Shown in pieces: positions 58,317-64,000 of a stretch of DNA of 64,000 bases. The stretch's first letter is position 1, and each line of letters opens with the position of its first letter. The position numbers and the translations under genes are program-made. Below the pieces are notes generated by a model that did no database searches, was not told where the DNA came from, and saw only the letters and a list, made by a program, of their open reading frames with translations. Source of the stretch: an uncultured Phocaeicola sp. (GTDB lineage: Bacteria; Bacteroidota; Bacteroidia; Bacteroidales; Bacteroidaceae); contig CALUJS010000006.1 in NCBI GenBank assembly GCA_944321015.1, positions 6,849 to 70,848 on the forward strand. Direction: 5' to 3'.

Positions 58317-59930
58317 ATGATAACCGAATACTCCATCCGGACACTGCCGCAACAAGCGGCCGATCAGGACAGCATCCGTCAATATCTGGCTCGCGAGAAA
58401 GGCATGGATGCACGCACCATCAAGGCTATACGCATACTGAAACGAAGCATCGACGCACGCCAGCGCACCATATATGTCAACCTGACCGTGCGTTGTTACG
58501 TTAACGAGTTCCCGACCGATGAGCCGTATCCCGTAACCCATTATCCGCAGGTGGACGGATGTCCGCAGGTCATCGTGGTGGGCGCGGGACCAGGAGGCCT
58601 CTTCGCCGCCCTGCGGCTCATCGAACTCGGGTTGCGCCCCATCGTGGTGGAACGAGGAAAGGATGTGCGCGAACGCAAGCGCGACCTGGCCCGCATAAGC
58701 CGTGACCACAAGGTAGACCCCGAGAGCAATTACAGCTTCGGGGAAGGCGGAGCGGGTGCATATTCCGACGGGAAACTTTACACGCGCAGCAAGAAAAGAG
58801 GCAATGTGGACAAGATACTGCATGTATTCTGTCAGCACGGAGCCGACACGGCCATTCTGAGCGATGCCCATCCCCACATCGGCACCGACCGCCTGCCGGC
58901 CGTGATAGAAGCCATGCGCCGTACCATCATCGACCGTGGAGGCGAGGTGCACTTCCAAACCCGCATGGACGAAATCATCATCGGCGACGGACAGGCAAGA
59001 GGCATCCGCACAAACGACGGGCGGGAATTTATCGGCCCCGTCATTCTGGCGACGGGACATTCCGCACGCGATGTCTACCGATGGCTGTACGCCCACAATG
59101 TCGACATCGAAGCCAAAGGCATAGCCGTCGGCGTACGTCTGGAGCACCCCTCGGACTTAATCGACCGGATACAATACCACAACCGCAACGGACGCGGACG
59201 CTACCTGCCCGCCGCCGAATATCGTTATGCCGTTCAGGTGAGGGAACGTGGCGTGTACAGTTTCTGCATGTGTCCGGGAGGATTCGTCGTGCCGGCGGCC
59301 AGCGGTCCCCGTCAGCTGGTGGTCAACGGCATGTCGCCCTCCAACCGGGCCGGCCGATGGAGCAACTCGGGCATGGTGGTGGAAGTGCGTACCGACGACC
59401 TGGACGACCCGCAACTGAAATCCCAACACGGACCGTGGCACGGGACTCCCCTGTCCATGATGGAACTACAGGAACAACTGGAAGAATCATGCTGGCTGCA
59501 AGGCAACATGCGACAGACGGCCCCCGCGCAGCGCATGGCGGACTTTGTGAACCGACGGTTGAGCTACGACCTGCCGCCGACGTCGTTCAGCCCCGGCGTC
59601 ATCTCGTCTCCGCTGCATTTCTGGATGCCGCCTTTCATTACCGATCGCCTGCGTGAGGGTTTCCAACTCTTCGGCCGGGCCGCACACGGTTTCCTCACCA
59701 ATGAAGCCATGCTGTTGGCCGTGGAAACGCGCACATCGGCTCCCGTACGCATTACGCGCCAAGCCGACACGCTGCAGCACGTAAGCGTCAAAGGGCTGTT
59801 CCCCTGTGGCGAAGGAGCAGGTTACGCCGGAGGCATCGTCTCGGCAGCCATGGACGGCGAACGATGTGCCGAGGCCGTAGCAAACTATCTGGGAATCGAA
59901 TCCCAACGGCCGGCATCTTCTCATTCCTAA
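58317..59930 (+). CDS. FAD-dependent oxidoreductase (COG2509-like)
   Basis: 537 aa with the dinucleotide-binding motif 'VIVVGAGPGGLFAA'. The remainder resembles the 'NAD(FAD)-utilizing dehydrogenase' family from memory. Its substrate is unknown. Confidence 0.7.
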   Translation: MITEYSIRTLPQQAADQDSIRQYLAREKGMDARTIKAIRILKRSIDARQRTIYVNLTVRCYVNEFPTDEPYPVTHYPQVDGCPQVIVVGAGPGGLFAALRLIELGLRPIVVERGKDVRERKRDLARISRDHKVDPESNYSFGEGGAGAYSDGKLYTRSKKRGNVDKILHVFCQHGADTAILSDAHPHIGTDRLPAVIEAMRRTIIDRGGEVHFQTRMDEIIIGDGQARGIRTNDGREFIGPVILATGHSARDVYRWLYAHNVDIEAKGIAVGVRLEHPSDLIDRIQYHNRNGRGRYLPAAEYRYAVQVRERGVYSFCMCPGGFVVPAASGPRQLVVNGMSPSNRAGRWSNSGMVVEVRTDDLDDPQLKSQHGPWHGTPLSMMELQEQLEESCWLQGNMRQTAPAQRMADFVNRRLSYDLPPTSFSPGVISSPLHFWMPPFITDRLREGFQLFGRAAHGFLTNEAMLLAVETRTSAPVRITRQADTLQHVSVKGLFPCGEGAGYAGGIVSAAMDGERCAEAVANYLGIESQRPASSHS

Positions 59931-59945
59931 TCTTTATTTGCGCTC

Positions 59946-60527
59946 ATGCACTCCACTCTCGAAATCGCCATCATCGACCCCAACACGTTGGCCGCTCTGG
60001 GGCTGCGCACCATATTGGAAGAGATGCTGCCGGAAACCGTCGTGCGCGCGTTTTCCTCTTACGCCGCCCTCATGGACGACACGCCGGACATGTATGCCCA
60101 CTATTTCGTGTCGTCACACATCTACTTTGAGCATACCGCCTTCTTCCTCGAGCGTCGTCCGAAGACCATCGTGCTCACCACGGGCGAGGTCTCACTACCC
60201 GTCCCCACCCTCGACATCAGCCTGCCGCAAGATGTCCTGGTGGCGCGCATCGTGAACTTGCGTCAACACGGGCACGAACACCACACGCACCCGGCCTCCG
60301 ACGCCTCGGCCCCAATCACCAACGCCCTCTCCCCGCGTGAAGCGGAAGTGCTGACTCTCGTGGCACGCGGCCTGATGAACAAGGAGATAGCCGACCGCCT
60401 TCACATCGGACTCACCACCGTGATATCTCACCGGCGCAACATCAGCGCCAAGCTCGGCATACGTTCCGCCTCGGGTCTGGCCATCTATGCCGTCATGCAC
60501 GGACTGGTCGAGGCCGACAGCATCTGA
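59946..60527 (+). CDS. LuxR/GerE-type transcriptional regulator with a degenerate (pseudo-)receiver domain
   Basis: 193 aa with a C-terminal HTH 'LSPREAEVLTLVARGLMNKEIADRLHIGLTTVISHRRNISAKLG'. The N-terminal receiver-like fold has 'IAIIDPN' at beta1. It has 'AHYFVSSH' where the phospho-acceptor 'LLD' would normally be. Confidence 0.75.
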   Translation: MHSTLEIAIIDPNTLAALGLRTILEEMLPETVVRAFSSYAALMDDTPDMYAHYFVSSHIYFEHTAFFLERRPKTIVLTTGEVSLPVPTLDISLPQDVLVARIVNLRQHGHEHHTHPASDASAPITNALSPREAEVLTLVARGLMNKEIADRLHIGLTTVISHRRNISAKLGIRSASGLAIYAVMHGLVEADSI

Positions 60528-60562
60528 ATCTTCCCACAGGAGAATTACAAGCAGGAGCATAT

Positions 60563-60578
60563 TCCTCATTAATGAGGA
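60563..60578. promoter_or_regulatory. Perfect 16-bp palindrome TCCTCATTAATGAGGA between the LuxR-type gene and the TonB-dependent receptor gene (candidate operator)
   Basis: It lies 35 nt after the regulator's stop and 52 nt before the receptor's ATG at 60631. No T-run follows, so it does not look like a terminator. Confidence 0.4.
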
Positions 60579-60630
60579 TTGCCTGTGTGAGGCGGATGCG
60601 CTTACTTTGCACCCGCTAAACAAACTTACC

Positions 60631-62988
60631 ATGCAACAACGTCTATACTTATTATTATATATGTCGCTCCCGATGGGGTGCGTGTGGGCTGCGGATGTCG
60701 ACCGCGATTCCACCCGCACGGTCGACGTGCGGGAAATCATCATTACCGCCTCGCCCAAGGATAATGCCCGGCTCGAAAGCCAGCCACTGGCTTCCTCGAC
60801 TCTGCATCGCGAACAACTGAACGCCGATCGGGTGACATCCATCAAACGCCTGACAGCCGTAGTGCCCAACTTCTACATGCCCGACTACGGGTCACGCCTC
60901 ACCTCGGCCGTGTATATCCGCGGCGTAGGCTCGCGCATCAACACTCCGGCCATCGGGCTTTATGTGGACAACATCCCCTATTTGGACAAGTCGGCCTTCG
61001 ATTTCGATACCTACGACATCGAGCGCATCGACATCCTGCGGGGGCCTCAATCCACCCTCTACGGACGGAACGCCATGGGCGGACTGATGCGCATCTACAC
61101 GCGCAATCCGTTCCGTTATCAAGGCACTCAGCTCTCATTGAGCGGAGCCACGGGCGATGCGTCGCTGCATGCGTCGCTCACACACTATCACCGCATCAGC
61201 CGTCGCTTTGCCTTTTCTGCCGGAGGGTTCTACGGGCAGTCGCGCGGATTCTACAAAAACGAGAATCTTGGCGGATATGCCGACGGTAGCCGGAGTGCAG
61301 GCGGACGCATGAGAGCCATCTGGCTGCCGTCCGAACACTGGAAGCTGGATGCCACGGCCAACTACGAGTACAGCGACGAAGGCGGATACGCCTATCGCCA
61401 ATGGGATGAGCCGACCGCCACAGCCCTGCCTATCCGTACGGGCACTCCCGGAAGCTACAGGCGAGGACTGGCCAACGCCGGGTTGTCGGCCACCCGGCAA
61501 GGAGAACGCCTCACCTTCAACTCCGTAACGAGCTATCAGCGGCTGGACGACCGCATGTACATGGATCAGGACTTTCTGCCCGAAGACCGATACGTGCTGG
61601 AGCAACGGCAGCGGCTCGACGCCTTCACCCAAGAACTGTCACTGAAGAACAATGATGACGCACGCTGGCAGTGGGTCACAGGAGCCTTTGCCGCCTGGCA
61701 GAACCTGCGTACGTCCAGTCCCGTAACGTTCGGGACCGACGGCATGCAGATGCTGGAGGATATTGTAAACGAGAATCTGCCCTCGACACCGCCCATGCAG
61801 ATGGGCATTGACTTTACCGAACCTGCCATGAAGGTGCCTGCCGACTTTACCACTCCCACAACGAGCCTCGCCTTGTTCCACCAGTCGACCCTGCACGACA
61901 TCCTCATACCAGGCTTATCGGCCACAATAGGGCTGCGCGTCGACCACGAACGTCTGCGCATGGATTACGCATCGGGAGCCACGGCAGCCTATGACTTTAC
62001 CATCAACATGCTTCCGCGCCCTCTGAGCAATACCGGCGAAGCACGGCTCGAAGGACGCATCAAAGATCACTACACCCGGCTCCTCCCCCGGTTCGCCCTG
62101 CAATATGACCTTCCTTCGATGGGAAACATCTACTTGTCAGCAGCCAAAGGATATCGCTCCGGAGGTTACAACATCCAACTTTTCTCCGACCTTTCCCGCT
62201 TTGAACTTCAGCGCGTAGTCATGGAACAGGTCAAGGAAGGCTGCATCCGGCAAGTAGAACAGCTTTTCCCCGACCGGGCAGAGATGATAGCCTCCATGAT
62301 AGAGCAATACATGCCCGATATTCCCCGGCAGGACGTGCGTGCCACCTATTATAAACCCGAATACACCTGGAGTTACGAGGCCGGTGCACACCTCGCACTA
62401 CCGGACGGCACCCTGAGGGGAAGCATAGCCGCCTTTCTGATGGACACGCGCGACCAACAGATTGCCCGCATGGCCGAAAGCGGCATGGGACGGCAGATGG
62501 TAAACGCCGGACGGAGCCGAAGTCTGGGCTTGGAGATGGAAGCACAATGGCAACCCCATGTTCGTTGGATGCTGAATGCGTCCTACGGCTATACGCGGGC
62601 AACATTCCGCCAATACGACAGCGGAGCGGAGGTTGACAACGACTACACGGGGCGCACCGTTCCCTTTGTGCCCCGCCATACCCTCAACACAACTGCTGCC
62701 TACACCCTGCCTCTGAAACACAGTCTGCTACAAAGCATGACGCTCCGTGTTGGCTATTCGGCTGTGGGGCACACTTATTGGGATGAAGCCAATACGCACG
62801 GACAAGGATTCTACGGCACTTTCAACTCCACACTCACCTTCCGTCTGCCTCACTGCGAAGCTGCCATCTGGGGCAGCAATCTTGCCGGGCGGACATACTA
62901 TACCTTTGGCGTGGAAAGCCTCGGCCGCTGGTTCGTACAACCCGGCAAACCCCGCCAAATGGGTATCGACCTGCGCTTCAACATCTGA
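60631..62988 (+). CDS. TonB-dependent receptor (non-SusC type; siderophore/metal-complex-like)
   Basis: The likely start MQQRLYLLLYMSLPMGCVWA is at the internal ATG 60631. The plug motifs are 'VYIRGVGSRINTPAIGLYVDNIPY' and 'RIDILRGPQSTLYGRNAMGG'. The barrel ends in '...MGIDLRFNI'. It is 785 aa and no SusD partner is present. Confidence 0.85.
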   Translation: MQQRLYLLLYMSLPMGCVWAADVDRDSTRTVDVREIIITASPKDNARLESQPLASSTLHREQLNADRVTSIKRLTAVVPNFYMPDYGSRLTSAVYIRGVGSRINTPAIGLYVDNIPYLDKSAFDFDTYDIERIDILRGPQSTLYGRNAMGGLMRIYTRNPFRYQGTQLSLSGATGDASLHASLTHYHRISRRFAFSAGGFYGQSRGFYKNENLGGYADGSRSAGGRMRAIWLPSEHWKLDATANYEYSDEGGYAYRQWDEPTATALPIRTGTPGSYRRGLANAGLSATRQGERLTFNSVTSYQRLDDRMYMDQDFLPEDRYVLEQRQRLDAFTQELSLKNNDDARWQWVTGAFAAWQNLRTSSPVTFGTDGMQMLEDIVNENLPSTPPMQMGIDFTEPAMKVPADFTTPTTSLALFHQSTLHDILIPGLSATIGLRVDHERLRMDYASGATAAYDFTINMLPRPLSNTGEARLEGRIKDHYTRLLPRFALQYDLPSMGNIYLSAAKGYRSGGYNIQLFSDLSRFELQRVVMEQVKEGCIRQVEQLFPDRAEMIASMIEQYMPDIPRQDVRATYYKPEYTWSYEAGAHLALPDGTLRGSIAAFLMDTRDQQIARMAESGMGRQMVNAGRSRSLGLEMEAQWQPHVRWMLNASYGYTRATFRQYDSGAEVDNDYTGRTVPFVPRHTLNTTAAYTLPLKHSLLQSMTLRVGYSAVGHTYWDEANTHGQGFYGTFNSTLTFRLPHCEAAIWGSNLAGRTYYTFGVESLGRWFVQPGKPRQMGIDLRFNI

Positions 62989-63012
62989 GCAAACCTTACT
63001 CTGAAACAACAA

Positions 63013-63051
63013 GGCGGCGACACAGAAAAAACATATTTCCATGTCGCCGCC
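63013..63051. terminator. Bidirectional hairpin between the convergent receptor gene and the 90-aa ORF
   Basis: Perfect 10-bp stem: GGCGGCGACA (63013-63022) with TGTCGCCGCC (63042-63051), enclosing an A/T-rich loop. Confidence 0.6.
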
Positions 63052-63080
63052 AAATCATATATTGATACGGGGGATTGTGA

Positions 63081-63353
63081 CTAACCGTCCGTATGCGTCT
63101 CGTTGGGATTAGAAGCACGCAATTCGTCTATACGGGTACGAAGGAGCAAACAGTCGTCAATCAGGGGAGAGAAAATCTTATCCTTCCGATGGCGCTCCAA
63201 TATCTCATGCATGGCGCGCAAGAACTCCTCACAGTTTTCCACAACGACCCCCGTCTTGAGTTCGATGGCATCCTTGGGACAGTCGCCCGCCTGAATGCGT
63301 TCCTGAATCCAAATTATCAAAGACGCGATGTCTTCAGATGTAGCCGTGCTCAT
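63081..63353 (-). CDS. Hypothetical 90-aa protein translationally coupled to ettA
   Basis: Its ATG (63353) lies one nucleotide after the ettA stop codon (63355-63357). The sequence starts MSTATSEDIASLIIWIQERIQAGDCPKDAIEL and matches no family I recognise. Confidence 0.5.
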   Translation of the reverse strand: MSTATSEDIASLIIWIQERIQAGDCPKDAIELKTGVVVENCEEFLRAMHEILERHRKDKIFSPLIDDCLLLRTRIDELRASNPNETHTDG

Positions 63354-63354
63354 A

Positions 63355-64000
63355 TCAATCCTCCATCAGCTTGCGATAGCGCACCCGACGGGGTTCTTCC
63401 TTGCCCAGGCGTCGCATCTTGTTTTCCTCATACTCGGAGTATGAGCCCTCGAAATAGAACACCTTGCCATCTCCCTCAAAAGCGAGAATATGGGTGCATA
63501 TACGATCGAGAAACCATCGGTCGTGACTGATGACCACGGCACAACCCGCAAATTCCTCCAAGCCTTCCTCCAAGGCACGAAGCGTATTCACATCGATGTC
63601 GTTGGTCGGTTCGTCCAGCAAAAGCACGTTGCCCTCTTCTTTCAGCGCCATGGCCAGATGCAGACGGTTGCGCTCGCCACCCGAAAGCACGCCGCAGAGT
63701 TTCTCCTGGTCGGCTCCGGAAAAGTTGAAGCGGGAGAGGTAGGCACGGGCGTTCACATCACGCCCACCCATGCGGATAAGCTCGTTGCCTCCGCTGATGA
63801 CCTGGTACACGCTCTTTTCGGGATCAATGTCTTTATGCTGCTGGTCGACGTAAGCCAGTTTGACAGTCTCGCCCACCTCAAACGAACCTGCATCCGGAGT
63901 TTCAAGCCCCATGATGAGACGGAAAAGAGTAGTCTTGCCCGCACCGTTTGGGCCAATGACACCGACGATGCCATTGGGCGGAAGCGTGAACTCAAGGTCG
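63355..64000 (-). CDS. ettA: Energy-dependent translational throttle protein EttA (ABC-F), 3' portion; 5' end beyond the right window edge
   Basis: The frame is open to position 64000. My translation of 63913-64000 gives ...PPNGIVGVIGPNGAGKTTLFRLIMGLE, the Walker A of the second ABC domain. It is followed by 'LSGGERNRLHLA', 'LLLDEPTNDID' and the C-terminal 'RVRYRKLMED'. Confidence 0.9.
   Translation of the reverse strand, partial: DLEFTLPPNGIVGVIGPNGAGKTTLFRLIMGLETPDAGSFEVGETVKLAYVDQQHKDIDPEKSVYQVISGGNELIRMGGRDVNARAYLSRFNFSGADQEKLCGVLSGGERNRLHLAMALKEEGNVLLLDEPTNDIDVNTLRALEEGLEEFAGCAVVISHDRWFLDRICTHILAFEGDGKVFYFEGSYSEYEENKMRRLGKEEPRRVRYRKLMED

Noticed and set aside
57972-59147. 391-aa ORF on the - strand
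   Set aside because: It is antisense across the radA / FAD-oxidoreductase junction. Both sense genes have strong motifs, so this is an artefact.

Overview
Gene-dense 64-kb chromosomal segment of a Bacteroidales-type genome. Hand counts give roughly 50-58% G+C in most genes. The taxon call rests on SusC/SusD genes, Fkp, PPi-dependent PFK and several exact matches to the Bacteroides TTTG / TAnnTTTG promoter consensus. I support 46 CDS. I found no rRNA, tRNA, CRISPR array, integrase or transposase.

Gene content, left to right:
- Truncated tricorn-like S41 peptidase, then DUF5606, fkp and a mannose-1-P guanylyltransferase.
- groES-groEL.
- A tight hisH-hisA-hisF-hisIE-ftsE-lysC-lysA run.
- hisS and a small deaminase.
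- A minimal polysaccharide utilisation locus (PUL): SusC-SusD plus GH2.
- pepD, a UPF0104 membrane protein, rsmA, mgtE and a DUF349 protein.
- A LolE-type permease with an aminotransferase, a GH25 lysozyme and pfp.
- A PlsC acyltransferase and a 958-aa amidase-like/FN3 secreted protein.
- A ~3-kb AT-rich islet: WG-repeat lipoprotein plus an N-terminally extended hypoxanthine-DNA-glycosylase-like protein.
- A four-gene minus-strand cluster: secreted beta-helix protein, YicI-type GH31, a URO-D/MtaA-like methyltransferase fused to a corrinoid-binding module, and a Na+/solute symporter.
- A HAD phosphatase, radA, an FAD-dependent oxidoreductase, a LuxR-type pseudo-receiver regulator with a TonB-dependent receptor, and the 3' part of ettA.

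Most interesting observations:
1. The corrinoid methyltransferase fusion sits inside a glycan-catabolic gene cluster. It is a candidate anaerobic methyl-sugar O-demethylation module.
2. A dispersed family of intergenic arrays has strictly 22-bp-phased ATAT cores, each followed by a CGCTC/GAGCG mini-palindrome. It occurs at six loci with 22 units in total.
3. The AT-rich islet carries the atypical glycosylase fusion.
4. A G9 homopolymer lies in the 5' coding region of susC.
5. A ~205-bp imperfect palindrome shares its terminal 14-mer with the lysA terminator.

All family assignments come from motif reading and recall. No searches were run.
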